A DNA stretch of 64,000 bases from a virus, in IMG/VR virus record IMGVR_UViG_3300008262_000025, positions 25,558 through 89,557 of that record; one strand, given 5' to 3'. The position numbers were made by a program, and so were the translations under genes. Each line of letters begins with the position of its first letter. Positions within the stretch are counted from its first letter, which is position 1. Shown one piece after another: positions 20,553 to 30,865 of this stretch. The notes under the pieces are model-generated. The model was not told where the DNA came from and made no database searches. It worked only from the letters and a program-made list of their open reading frames with translations.

Positions 20553-21580
20553 ACGTCTATATCGATAATTATATAATTATCACAAGACTCATATATACCA
20601 GGTGCAATACAACCGTGTATACCACCCACACCAAAATCATATTGAAATCCTTCAAATATAATATGTAAGTTATCTACTGTACCTTTCTTTTTATCAATGA
20701 GATTTCTATTGAAATAAGGAATAATTTTACTTACTTTATTTAAACTAATATCAGTAAAGAATCCTTTTAAAACAGAACCTTCTATTCTACAAGATTTTAA
20801 GAATTCAAGGAGATGTTGAAACTCTTTACTTTTAAAATTAATATATGGAAATATTAAATTAGAAAAAACAATTTCATCTCTTTTTGTTCTCATTTCTTTT
20901 AACTGAGAAACAGAAATATTCATTTCACTACTAATGATAGATGCAAATATTTCGGCACCAATCTTAGGAGCATTAGCATTTATAAGAGATAGATTATACT
21001 CTTTTGATAATGCTATTCTCATTGTAACTTGTTCTTTACTTTTTTTGTAGAACTCCCAAGTAGATAAAACATCATTAAGATTATACTTTAATATGTCTTC
21101 TACTTCGGAGTTTTCTACAATGTGGTAATGTGGTATTGGCATATCTTGAACATTAGACCAATTCATAGCAATTTGAATATGCTTCAATGAAGTTCTACGG
21201 TTCTTATTATCGAAATGCCAAATCCTGTACAAGTCTATTTGTTTGATTTTTACATTCTTTTCTGGTATACTTGAGTATTCACTCTCAATTATTCTTTGAC
21301 TTTGTTCGTATAATAATTGATTTATTTTATAAGAAGGATAGTATTTCCATTTCTTATAATTAGAAAGAATAAAATGTAGTAAAGGGTAGTCATAATTAAT
21401 ATTATTGTACCCTATCATTATATTACAATCATTTAAAAGAAACTTTACATACTCTTCTAATTGATTTACATCATTATGTATTACAAATGTTTTTATTGTT
21501 TCTGTGTATGGACAATAAGCAGTCATAGAATGAAAGTTTTTAAGCTGTTCTATGTCATATACCCATACATTATCCTTCAT
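20553..21580 (-). CDS. polB: DNA polymerase family B, exon 1 (3'-5' exonuclease and start of motif A)
   Basis: VYDIE, GYNNINYD, YNLNDV, GGIHG, IIDIDV; spliced product 659 aa with DIDVSSFYP. Confidence 0.92.
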
Positions 21581-22136
21581 ATAAAGATAAAAATTGTTTC
21601 TTATCTAATGTAAATGATTTAACGTTATTAGAAATTTCAATATAAACATCATTATTTAAACCTTTACAAAATCTTACTTTATAATCATCAATAGCATCAT
21701 AGCTAATAGATGAAAGATCATCGACATCTTCTAGATTAGAGTAATCCTCATCTTCATAATCTTCATCCTCATCTTCATCTTCGTCATAATCATCATCATC
21801 GTCATCTTTATTATTAAAACATTCGATAAACTGAACCTCATCATCATATTCAAAACCTTCAACATAATCTTGTAGATCGTAATCAGAATGAATATCATTC
21901 AATTCTTCAAAGAAAGAACTAGCATTTAACCCAATGTATTCATCATTATCAAAAGGTTTTAACATATCTTCAATTGAAATAATAATATTTTTTATATCAA
22001 TTTCTTTTAAATCATTAGGTTTTATATTAATATAAGCACCTTCTTGAGTACAATTATCAATACCTACATGTATACTACTTTTACTATAAGTGCAAACTCT
22101 AAGCATAATTAAAATATGTATCTTATAGAATTCCAA
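21570..22136 (-). CDS. Highly acidic hypothetical protein
   Basis: Long D/E tract DDDDDDYDEDEDEDEDYEDED. Confidence 0.7.
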   Translation of the reverse strand: MEFYKIHILIMLRVCTYSKSSIHVGIDNCTQEGAYINIKPNDLKEIDIKNIIISIEDMLKPFDNDEYIGLNASSFFEELNDIHSDYDLQDYVEGFEYDDEVQFIECFNNKDDDDDDYDEDEDEDEDYEDEDYSNLEDVDDLSSISYDAIDDYKVRFCKGLNNDVYIEISNNVKSFTLDKKQFLSLYEG

Positions 22137-22996
22137 GGAATAATCTCATCATGTAATTCTACAAATTGATTTATATAATCTTCTTTTAGATTGTATTTAT
22201 ATCTAATGTTTTTACCACCCATTTCACTAATTTTAAATTCTTGAATAGATGGATTCCATAATAAATACTCTCCTTCATTGTCTTTATTTTTCTGATGCAT
22301 TTCTTCATTATGAGTAAGAAATATACATTCAGCTTTTACGTGTTGTTTAATCTCATCTTTAATTAATTTATCGACAAGTTTAAATAACTCTTCATATTTG
22401 TCTAACCAACCATCATATACTATGATAGGACTAAAGTTAATATGAACATCATAACCCGCATCGTAAAAATCATTTATAGCTTGTATCCTCTCAACTATAT
22501 GACTTGTTTTAGGTTCAAGTAATTGAGAATATTCTATTGGCATTAAACTAAATCTAATTCTAATTTTTCTCTCAGGATTAAAGCTGAGAAATTTAGGATT
22601 AACTCGTTTAGTTGCAAAAGATGCTTTAGCTAAGTCATGATCTTTAAACCATTCAAACACATATTGCCAATTCCAATATTTAGAATCTAAACCTATATCA
22701 GCATTACAACCTATATCATAAGTTATATATTGATCATCAGTTTGATTTGGTTTAGCAATTTCAGCAAAATAAACATGACTATTTATAGTAGTCAATATTT
22801 CATTTATATTCGTTGATACATCAACTGACTTATCAGGATGATGTCTTTTTAAATAACAATAAGAACAATCATACTGACAACCTATTGTTATACTTGGAGC
22901 AATGAAATCTGTACTTCTACCTGAGTGGTAGATTTTCATGCTTTTTCTTTTGTTGAACTTTATTTTTCTTTTTGATGCGTTTAAGTTTTTTATCAT
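22109..22996 (-). CDS. Spore photoproduct lyase-like radical SAM protein
   Basis: GRSTDF, GCQYDCSYCY (CxxxCxxC), SFATK, RIRFSL, VHINFSP; start uncertain (22939, 22996 or 23059). Confidence 0.85.
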   Translation of the reverse strand: MIKNLNASKRKIKFNKRKSMKIYHSGRSTDFIAPSITIGCQYDCSYCYLKRHHPDKSVDVSTNINEILTTINSHVYFAEIAKPNQTDDQYITYDIGCNADIGLDSKYWNWQYVFEWFKDHDLAKASFATKRVNPKFLSFNPERKIRIRFSLMPIEYSQLLEPKTSHIVERIQAINDFYDAGYDVHINFSPIIVYDGWLDKYEELFKLVDKLIKDEIKQHVKAECIFLTHNEEMHQKNKDNEGEYLLWNPSIQEFKISEMGGKNIRYKYNLKEDYINQFVELHDEIIPWNSIRYIF

Positions 22997-23654
22997 AAGC
23001 AGATAAACCTTTAGAGTTTGTAGTATAATAAACCATTTCACAATTTTGAGTATCTTCATCAGGACAGATACATAATAAGACTTTTACTTTTCTTGTAGTT
23101 CTAAATGAATTATTAAACATAAATGATTTAGTTTCCATTGAATATTGATCACCAATAAATTCAACAATCCATTTTTGTTCTCTATATAAAGTATGAGTCC
23201 AGTTCTTAGTATACCTCTGATGAATAAATCTAATTATTTGGTCATTAGTGTATTGAAAAATATAACTTTTATGTAAATTAAGTTTACTCCATTTGAGTCT
23301 GTAATTAAAAATTAACAAATCCATCTTCTTGAGATGCTTTTCTGTCTTACCTATTAAATCTTTTAACTCTTCTCTGAAAATTTTAATTTCAGGATTTACT
23401 AAAGAACCTTTAGAACCTTCAAAGTATAAGATCATATTTGCATACACCTTATTATTCTGTTCTTGTTCTTTAGTTAATGGTAGATGAGAACCACTTTCAC
23501 CAATAGCTCTATCTTCTAATTTTGTAAATAATTTTTCATTGTAAAGAATAAAACTATGACCATCATCAACTAGTTCGATTAGTCTTGCTTGACCTTCGAA
23601 GTTTAATTCAAGTTGAGGACTATGGTATATATTAACAATGTCTCCAGGTTTCAT
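22917..23654 (-). CDS. hypothetical protein
   Basis: 245-aa ORF. Confidence 0.75.
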   Translation of the reverse strand: MKPGDIVNIYHSPQLELNFEGQARLIELVDDGHSFILYNEKLFTKLEDRAIGESGSHLPLTKEQEQNNKVYANMILYFEGSKGSLVNPEIKIFREELKDLIGKTEKHLKKMDLLIFNYRLKWSKLNLHKSYIFQYTNDQIIRFIHQRYTKNWTHTLYREQKWIVEFIGDQYSMETKSFMFNNSFRTTRKVKVLLCICPDEDTQNCEMVYYTTNSKGLSAYDKKLKRIKKKNKVQQKKKHENLPLR

Positions 23655-23655
23655 A

Positions 23656-24378
23656 TTAGCTAGATTTACTTTTCATAATATAATATTGTCGTATAATCTG
23701 ATGTTTATGATTCTTAGATAAATAAAAATCATAATTATCGTTAGTATTTAAAATCATAGGGTCATTGTTACCTATTTTAAATAAACCTGTTTTAGAATCT
23801 ATTAGTTTAAGTAATTCTATTTTATGACCATCAATTGTAATACCTATGAGTAGAGGTTTACTTAATTCAAAATCTTTAATTTTTATTAATTCTGAATAAA
23901 GAACTTTCTCATATTTAGATTCTGCTAAATCAATATCTGATTTAAAAGATTCTATCTTAGCAATTGGATGTTCAAAGTTTCTATAATAATCTTTTGTTTG
24001 ATCTAGTTCTTTCAATAAAACAAGATTATTATACTTACCCCATTTCTTATAAAATTGAGTGTTGATAATTGATAATCCTAAAGCTTTTGCAGATTTTAAA
24101 GAACAACTCTGCAAAACATCTTTATAATTTAATACAACACCCTCTTCATTATGCATTGGATATTTTACAATATACCCACCTGTTTCAATTATGTTTACAG
24201 CTTTTTCTGTAAGTTCATATTGATCTAAGTCATTATTAAAAGATATTAATTCTAATTCAAGTAAATTTATTTTTTCTAATTCGCTAAAAAATATTTCAGG
24301 TATTTCAGAAGAAATTATTTCTTTACTATAAAGTAGTCTTAAAACTATTATTTCACTATTGGATAATTTATTTTCCAT
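23656..24378 (-). CDS. hypothetical protein
   Basis: 240-aa ORF, possible N-terminal winged helix. Confidence 0.7.
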   Translation of the reverse strand: MENKLSNSEIIVLRLLYSKEIISSEIPEIFFSELEKINLLELELISFNNDLDQYELTEKAVNIIETGGYIVKYPMHNEEGVVLNYKDVLQSCSLKSAKALGLSIINTQFYKKWGKYNNLVLLKELDQTKDYYRNFEHPIAKIESFKSDIDLAESKYEKVLYSELIKIKDFELSKPLLIGITIDGHKIELLKLIDSKTGLFKIGNNDPMILNTNDNYDFYLSKNHKHQIIRQYYIMKSKSS

Positions 24379-24389
24379 TTTATTAAAAA

Positions 24390-24896
24390 TTATTTTTCAT
24401 TAAATTGTTCTCTCAACTTTTCAGATTGATTAGACAAATATGAATCCAATCTTTCTAGTAGAGTAACATCGTCGTTTATCGTTTCATTAGATAAATTGTT
24501 TTTTAATATTTGTTTACGAAGATCTTTATAAGCATAATATCTATTATCATTATATAAACTTAATAAAGCTTCATCATCTTTAAATAATCTATCAACTTTC
24601 TTAATTAAAGTCTTCTTAATAGATTTAGTCAAATCTAATTTCTCCTTAGTCGGAGCTTCAGATTCTTTATTAATTGACAAAAATACAACAAAATCTTTGT
24701 TATTTTTATCATTTAATTTCTTCCTGGTCTCAAATGGAATATTTTTATTATTCCATCTAATTATTTCAGGATTAACATTTAAGGTTTTTGCTAATTCTTC
24801 TTTACCAATATCTTGATTAAAAGCTTCTACATAAAACGTAGATGGACCTTTTTGATCAGGTAAAAGAACAGTGTATTTGAATAAAAGTAATTTCAT
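24390..24896 (-). CDS. hypothetical protein
   Basis: 168-aa ORF. Confidence 0.7.
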   Translation of the reverse strand: MKLLLFKYTVLLPDQKGPSTFYVEAFNQDIGKEELAKTLNVNPEIIRWNNKNIPFETRKKLNDKNNKDFVVFLSINKESEAPTKEKLDLTKSIKKTLIKKVDRLFKDDEALLSLYNDNRYYAYKDLRKQILKNNLSNETINDDVTLLERLDSYLSNQSEKLREQFNEK

Positions 24897-24900
24897 ATTT

Positions 24901-25758
24901 TTAATTTTTTAAAATATAATTACCATTATAATCATCAGAAAATTGACAAATGTTCTGAGAGTTTAATATTAAATTATATTCATTATAATTGGTATCATCA
25001 GTAAACAGTAATTGTGAATTAAAACTATTAATATCTTTATTTACAAATAAGTTAATAATATTAACCTTAGATTTTACATCTATATCAATATCAAAACCAT
25101 GTATAAACATTATACTATTAGAACCAATACAATCAATAACTAAAGGTAATAAAGAAAAAATTACTTTTATATTATAAGAACTATTAAAAATACTTTTACC
25201 ATTTATATAAATGTCATCACCAGTAGATCTTATATTGTCTTTATCTTGTATTAAATTAAAACTTAATAATAAATCTGTAACAACATTTACATATTCTACA
25301 TCTTGACTACATTTAGCTATGGATTCATCCATTAGTACATTTAACCAATTTTCTCTAGTTAAATCAATAACGATTAAACATTCAAAAAAAGTTCTGACTG
25401 GATCTGGTAAGAAAGGATTTAATTTAAAAGTATTATTCTGATAAATAATATTATTATTCTCATATAATTCTTCTAAGAATACTCCCTTTTTTGATATTTC
25501 TAAATAATAGTAATAATTTACTTCTTTATATACAAAATCTATTGAAACTGTAGTAATCTTATCATCTAATGTACTCTTAATGTAATCGTTTGAATTTGGA
25601 CTTGACAACATTAAAAAGAACATAAAGAAATCAGAGAATACTACTAGATCATTATCATATTTTTCACAAGTTATAAATAAAACATTAGTATTATCAAAAG
25701 TTAAATCTATCTTGTTAAAACCTGGATAATCTATTATTTTAATATTGCGAAAAAACAT
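24901..25758 (-). CDS. Degenerate ABC-ATPase (AAA_21/RloA-like), catalytic motifs lost
   Basis: MFFRNIKIIDYPGF start; MFIHGFDIDID and NSQLLFTDD at Walker B / H-loop positions; no Walker A. Confidence 0.55.
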   Translation of the reverse strand: MFFRNIKIIDYPGFNKIDLTFDNTNVLFITCEKYDNDLVVFSDFFMFFLMLSSPNSNDYIKSTLDDKITTVSIDFVYKEVNYYYYLEISKKGVFLEELYENNNIIYQNNTFKLNPFLPDPVRTFFECLIVIDLTRENWLNVLMDESIAKCSQDVEYVNVVTDLLLSFNLIQDKDNIRSTGDDIYINGKSIFNSSYNIKVIFSLLPLVIDCIGSNSIMFIHGFDIDIDVKSKVNIINLFVNKDINSFNSQLLFTDDTNYNEYNLILNSQNICQFSDDYNGNYILKN

Positions 25759-25760
25759 AA

Positions 25761-26348
25761 CTATGATTTAAAAGCTTCTTCCATTACAGAACTAATAGAA
25801 CTTTTTAGTTTCTTAGTCTGGTCTTCACTGAGAAGATTTGGGTTATCATTAATAGTTTTTGATATTTTATTTAAAAATATGCTGATAGGTAATGCATTAG
25901 AATTAACATCAATTTCTCCAATTGATAGTTTTAGATTACCATCAATCTTCAATCTTAAGTTTTTCCAAACATTTAACTTATCTTCTATAGATTTTAACTT
26001 TTCATTCATTTTCTTTATTTGAAAACTCATGAACTCATCCATTACACTATTTAACTTACCTTTAATAAAATCTAATTTCTCTTTAGCTTCTTCAGATGCA
26101 ATATCTTCTAAAGGATCTTCGATTTTATAATTAGGAGTTTCACTTGTAATTGTTGCAATATCTTGCTTAACTTCATCATAAGTTAAAGTTAAATTCTTGA
26201 TAATCTCATCAATTTCATTTAACTCTTCAGTAGTAAGTTCAATTTGATTTAATGGAACAGGTTGTTCTTCTACTATTACAGGTTGGTTTTTTTTCTTAAA
26301 CATATTAAACATAAATTGAAATTTAAATTGGTTAAATAGAGGTAACAA
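25761..26348 (-). CDS. hypothetical protein
   Basis: 195-aa helical ORF; true start probably a downstream Met. Confidence 0.7.
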   Translation of the reverse strand: MLPLFNQFKFQFMFNMFKKKNQPVIVEEQPVPLNQIELTTEELNEIDEIIKNLTLTYDEVKQDIATITSETPNYKIEDPLEDIASEEAKEKLDFIKGKLNSVMDEFMSFQIKKMNEKLKSIEDKLNVWKNLRLKIDGNLKLSIGEIDVNSNALPISIFLNKISKTINDNPNLLSEDQTKKLKSSISSVMEEAFKS

Positions 26349-26368
26349 AAATAGTATACATCAAAATA

Positions 26369-27823
26369 TTAGTAATTTTCTTTAATGTATTCTACATTAT
26401 CATAAACTGTTTTAACTTCTTCAGAATAGTCAAAAGCTGCAGTAATCATTTCTTTTACAGATAGACCAAGACGCTCATTGTTAGTAAGCATTTTCTTAGG
26501 TTTAGCAAGCTCTTGATGTTTTCTTGATGTCTCTGCAGCAGATACAATCATTTCAGGTTCAACAAAAGTTGCTTGTCTGTTAAGACGATACTCCTTAGCT
26601 TTCTGAATGATGTCATTAGCAAATGCTGGAACAATACCAGACAAAGCTTCAGCAGCAGAAATATAATCAGAATCAGAGTTTAACAAAGATACACCATCTT
26701 TAGTCTTACAGAACTGATTAATAAATCTTAGTGCTGTTTTTTCATTCAAAGGATCCATAATGATACAAGTATCAATACGACCCGCACGCATCATAGTAGC
26801 ATTAATATTCTCTAAGTGATTAGTAGTGAATACTGTGATAATTGCTTTATCTTTAGTATCAATACCATCAAGAGTATTAAGAATAGCGTTTACAGAGTCT
26901 TTAGAACGATCTGTTACTACGCGGTCAATATCCTCTGCGAATACAACTGCAGGAGCATAGATCTCAGCGAGACGGAGAGCCTCTTTAGTTTGAGAAGAAT
27001 CCTCAATGTAAATAAATGTCCAACCATTATCATTTGCAATTTTTGCTGTAAGTTTAGCAAGTAAAGTTTTACCAGTACCGTATTGTCCAGCAAGAACGCA
27101 ACCATGCTTTAATGAAATACCTTCACGAATACAAGCAGCGCTATCTCTCAAACGAAGGAATATACCAGAATACTCATTAAGATTTCTCTCACTAAGGATT
27201 ACAGTTTCTTCATCTATTTGTGATACATTCATGAATTCAGGATCAACAGGATTACCACCTTTGATAAGGAACTCAAGATTAACCTTGAAAGATTTAGCTT
27301 TGTAAATAGAATTCAATCTCAAAAATTCTTGAGTACGAAGACATACTAAGTTTACAAGCTTCTCATTCTTCTTCTTGATTTCACCACGAATGATAAAAGA
27401 AAGATCCTTAGCATTGTAAGAAGTCTCAAGATACTCATGCTCTTCAAATCCAGGGAATTGAATACGACCCCAAGGTACGTTTTTAATTTGACCATTTTGT
27501 AATTTAATACCGATCATTTGAGGTGGTTTAACTCCAGATGGACCTTTCTCACCAACAGTATCAGCATAGCCAAATACTTCAGTACACACCTCAAATAGTG
27601 CATTAGCACCATCAAAAGGAAAAGCTTTCATTTCATGAAATATAGAAATTATTCTTTCTTCTTCATTCTTTTTACGCTCTAACCATTTGATACCCTCTTC
27701 AATAGTCATACCCTCAGGTAATTGAATTTTACCTCCTTTGATTCTTTCAACTTCTACACTTGAGAATTTATCCTCTTGTTCAATAGCTTTTGTAAGTTTT
27801 TCGAGTAAAGATTTCTTAGCCAT
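26369..27823 (-). CDS. AAA+ ATPase
   Basis: GQYGTGKT, FAEDID, LNTLDG, TTN, MRAGRID. Confidence 0.92.
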   Translation of the reverse strand: MAKKSLLEKLTKAIEQEDKFSSVEVERIKGGKIQLPEGMTIEEGIKWLERKKNEEERIISIFHEMKAFPFDGANALFEVCTEVFGYADTVGEKGPSGVKPPQMIGIKLQNGQIKNVPWGRIQFPGFEEHEYLETSYNAKDLSFIIRGEIKKKNEKLVNLVCLRTQEFLRLNSIYKAKSFKVNLEFLIKGGNPVDPEFMNVSQIDEETVILSERNLNEYSGIFLRLRDSAACIREGISLKHGCVLAGQYGTGKTLLAKLTAKIANDNGWTFIYIEDSSQTKEALRLAEIYAPAVVFAEDIDRVVTDRSKDSVNAILNTLDGIDTKDKAIITVFTTNHLENINATMMRAGRIDTCIIMDPLNEKTALRFINQFCKTKDGVSLLNSDSDYISAAEALSGIVPAFANDIIQKAKEYRLNRQATFVEPEMIVSAAETSRKHQELAKPKKMLTNNERLGLSVKEMITAAFDYSEEVKTVYDNVEYIKENY

Positions 27824-27827
27824 AATT

Positions 27828-28208
27828 TTAATTTTGAAAATTGTTTTTAAATTGATTTGAATATTCTATAGCAGTTTCATAAGTTTCGAAACCAGGTATA
27901 GTTAATTGATTATTATGAAGAAGAGTTTCACATTTTTTAACTGCATCTTCAAGTTGAGTTCTTGTACCTTCTAAACAAGCAATGTTAACTTTATTAGAGT
28001 CTAAGATACTATCTTTAATTTCTGATCTTTGATCTAAGAAACCAAAATAATTGATTTCTCTGTGATTGTATCGATTAAGAAAAGCACGAGCTTGTTTATA
28101 AGAGCCAATAACTCCTTTACACGCTACAAGCATGTCATCATTTGAAACTGTACAAACAGCTTCTATTGGATACTCACCAAAAGTACCAACAACTAATTTT
28201 TCTTCCAT
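27828..28208 (-). CDS. hypothetical protein
   Basis: 126-aa ORF. Confidence 0.7.
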   Translation of the reverse strand: MEEKLVVGTFGEYPIEAVCTVSNDDMLVACKGVIGSYKQARAFLNRYNHREINYFGFLDQRSEIKDSILDSNKVNIACLEGTRTQLEDAVKKCETLLHNNQLTIPGFETYETAIEYSNQFKNNFQN

Positions 28209-29149
28209 TCTACAAAAGTTGATTTTAAAAATTCAGTTACTTTAAGTATTTGTACATCTTCAATTATAGGACTAAATAAAAATTGCGAATTTTCAAGAAA
28301 AGTATAAATCTCTGAGGATTCTTCTACTATAAATTGACAATTATTGTGCAACGTAAAAGAATCATTCATAGATATTAATTCAAACATTCTTACTAGAGAT
28401 TCATGTTCTAAAACTGATTGTAAATTAGATAAATACAACATTCCAGTTTTTATAAAAACAGTAAATACAATAGAACATAAAGATACTATAATTTTTAGTT
28501 CTTTATCTTCATCAATAGTAATAGATGTTGAAGTGTACGCAAATCTTACACTTAGTTCATTTTCATCATTAAAAAATATTTCATTAACATTATAACCTAA
28601 ATATTTAAAAAAGTCAATAAGAAAAAGTTTGTAGGTTTCAAAATCTTTTATCATATTGATACTTATATCAAAATATTTATCAACTTGTATTTGATTTAAA
28701 CAATCAAATGTAAAAATATTATTGAAATAATCAGATAGTTTTTCTGGTATTTCTGGTACAAATTTACCAGAATTTTTTGTTCTGATATTTATATCATTTA
28801 ATATTTCTTTTACTATTCCATTTTCATTAAAGATTAAATGGTAATTTACAAGTTCATAATTACTTTTTTCACTGTCATAATAATAAAACTCAATGTTAAT
28901 TTTTGAATTGTTATTAGGACAATGAACTGATTTACAAATATCTGGAAAATATTCCGTATTCATATAACTTAATAATACAAAAGAAAGTAATATACCAGTA
29001 GCTTTTAAATCGTTTTCTGAAGTTACTAGCATCATATTATAAAGATTTTCATTATTAAGCTTTGTTGTAGTTTTTTTATTGACTTTAGCGTCAAAATGCA
29101 TTTGAAAACTTAAATATGCTATGTTAGCAACTTTTATACTTTTTATCAT
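28193..29149 (-). CDS. Second degenerate ABC-ATPase-like protein
   Basis: MIKSIKVANIAYL start; GMLYLSNLQSVLEH and CQFIVEES at Walker B / H-loop positions; no Walker A. Confidence 0.5.
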   Translation of the reverse strand: MIKSIKVANIAYLSFQMHFDAKVNKKTTTKLNNENLYNMMLVTSENDLKATGILLSFVLLSYMNTEYFPDICKSVHCPNNNSKINIEFYYYDSEKSNYELVNYHLIFNENGIVKEILNDINIRTKNSGKFVPEIPEKLSDYFNNIFTFDCLNQIQVDKYFDISINMIKDFETYKLFLIDFFKYLGYNVNEIFFNDENELSVRFAYTSTSITIDEDKELKIIVSLCSIVFTVFIKTGMLYLSNLQSVLEHESLVRMFELISMNDSFTLHNNCQFIVEESSEIYTFLENSQFLFSPIIEDVQILKVTEFLKSTFVEWKKN

Positions 29150-30594
29150 ACTAATATACTTACATGAGTTTGAGCTCTAGTTACAGCAGTATATAAACTT
29201 TGTAATTTCTCTTTACGTGTTATTGGTTTTACATTAAGAATATCTCTAAAATTTACAAATACTTTATTATAAGTATCTCCTTGTACTACATAGGTATTAA
29301 CTACATAAGCAGGATCAAAAGGAATAAAGAAGTCATCTATTTGAAAATAGTCTTTCCAATCTTCTTTAACTTTTTGACATCTATTGTAGATTAAACCTTT
29401 AAAGTAATTAAATTTTTTATTAAAAGAATTATCAATTACTGGAATTTTAAATTCTAAAGGATTACCTTGAATATCAGCTAGTGATAAGTAGTAACCATCA
29501 ATAAAAACAACGGTTGAGTTTTTAAATTTTTCATTAATATATCTTTCAGAATCATTTTCAGACATTTCAAAACAAGTGATTAATTTACCTTCTTTTGTAC
29601 AAACAAATACGAATTTTGTGTATTCTTTTTTAAGAATGGTATATAAAGAGTTGTTTTGAATTATTAAAATATTATCTAAAAAATAAGAAGCTTTAGCTAC
29701 TATCTTTTCACCAATAGTGTAAGGCTTATCTGTATTTAATATTTGCTTTTTAAAATATAAATTATCATTGTAAGCTGTTTCGTTTTTATAACAAACAACT
29801 ACACAATTTTTAAGAGTATCTGATGATTTAAAACAATTAATTGCTTGTTCTTTAAAGTCATCTTCATTTCTATAAAATTTATAAGAATCAGATTCTTTGT
29901 TTACAAAGTTTAGAAGAAACTTAAAATCACACTCTCCAGTGTCATTAAATTTATCTATTTCTAAAGCAATTGCATTTGCTAGATCTTCTAATTCACCTTC
30001 ATATCTAAAAGGAATATTAAGATTAACATGTGGTATATCAAATGTCAAAGAATCTTTATTTGTATTCTTTTGATCATCTTCAATAGGTGGAGTTTGATGT
30101 GAATCTCCTAAGTAAATAATTATAGCATCAGTTTTCTTGTATAAATCAATTAAACTTTTAGTCTTTTTATTTATTTGACTACATTCATCTATAATTATTA
30201 TATCAGCATACTTAATAGGAGGTGTAACTTTCTTAGTTTTACCATTAATTATTTTATAAGAATCATCAGGTAAAAAATCAATATCTCCAGTTAAAGGGTC
30301 AATAACCTTCTTTAACTGTAACATTGAAGCCACAGTCATTACTTCTATTTCATTACCTAAAGTTTTCTTTAAAACATTTTTAGCAGAATGAGAAATAGCT
30401 GCACCTATAATTATTAAATTCTTTTTAGCTAAATCAGACTTAATAAGATCCGTTAGTTTCTTGGCTGAATAAGTTTTACCTACTCCAGCTTTACCAAAAA
30501 AACCTACTTCTTTATTACCTTCTTTATATAAATCAAATAATTGTTCTATTTTCTTTTGCTGATCTTCTTGAGCTTTTAGTTGTTGATCAGTCAT
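29146..30594 (-). CDS. Dda/RecD-like SF1 DNA helicase
   Basis: GKAGVGKT, IIDECSQ, GDSHQTPP, VQGDTY, YTAVTRA. Confidence 0.92.
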   Translation of the reverse strand: MTDQQLKAQEDQQKKIEQLFDLYKEGNKEVGFFGKAGVGKTYSAKKLTDLIKSDLAKKNLIIIGAAISHSAKNVLKKTLGNEIEVMTVASMLQLKKVIDPLTGDIDFLPDDSYKIINGKTKKVTPPIKYADIIIIDECSQINKKTKSLIDLYKKTDAIIIYLGDSHQTPPIEDDQKNTNKDSLTFDIPHVNLNIPFRYEGELEDLANAIALEIDKFNDTGECDFKFLLNFVNKESDSYKFYRNEDDFKEQAINCFKSSDTLKNCVVVCYKNETAYNDNLYFKKQILNTDKPYTIGEKIVAKASYFLDNILIIQNNSLYTILKKEYTKFVFVCTKEGKLITCFEMSENDSERYINEKFKNSTVVFIDGYYLSLADIQGNPLEFKIPVIDNSFNKKFNYFKGLIYNRCQKVKEDWKDYFQIDDFFIPFDPAYVVNTYVVQGDTYNKVFVNFRDILNVKPITRKEKLQSLYTAVTRAQTHVSILV

Positions 30595-30600
30595 AATAAA

Positions 30601-30864
30601 TTAATCTGATATTAATTTGCTATCATAAGTTTTAGCAATCTCGTAATCTTTATCTCCTGATAGAGGATGGACATTAATTACTCTTTTTTCTACAATAATA
30701 GTTTTACCGTCTAGATCTTTTCCTTCTTTTACTATTGTAATTCTTCTATTAATAGATGAACTAAAAATGTTACTTTCACCAGTTACCATTTTTCTATAAG
30801 TATAATCAAGATCATTAAATCTTTTTTGAGATTTCATCATATTTTTGTAACTATTTTTTGACAT
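30601..30864 (-). CDS. hypothetical protein
   Basis: 87-aa ORF. Confidence 0.65.
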   Translation of the reverse strand: MSKNSYKNMMKSQKRFNDLDYTYRKMVTGESNIFSSSINRRITIVKEGKDLDGKTIIVEKRVINVHPLSGDKDYEIAKTYDSKLISD

Positions 30865-30865
30865 A

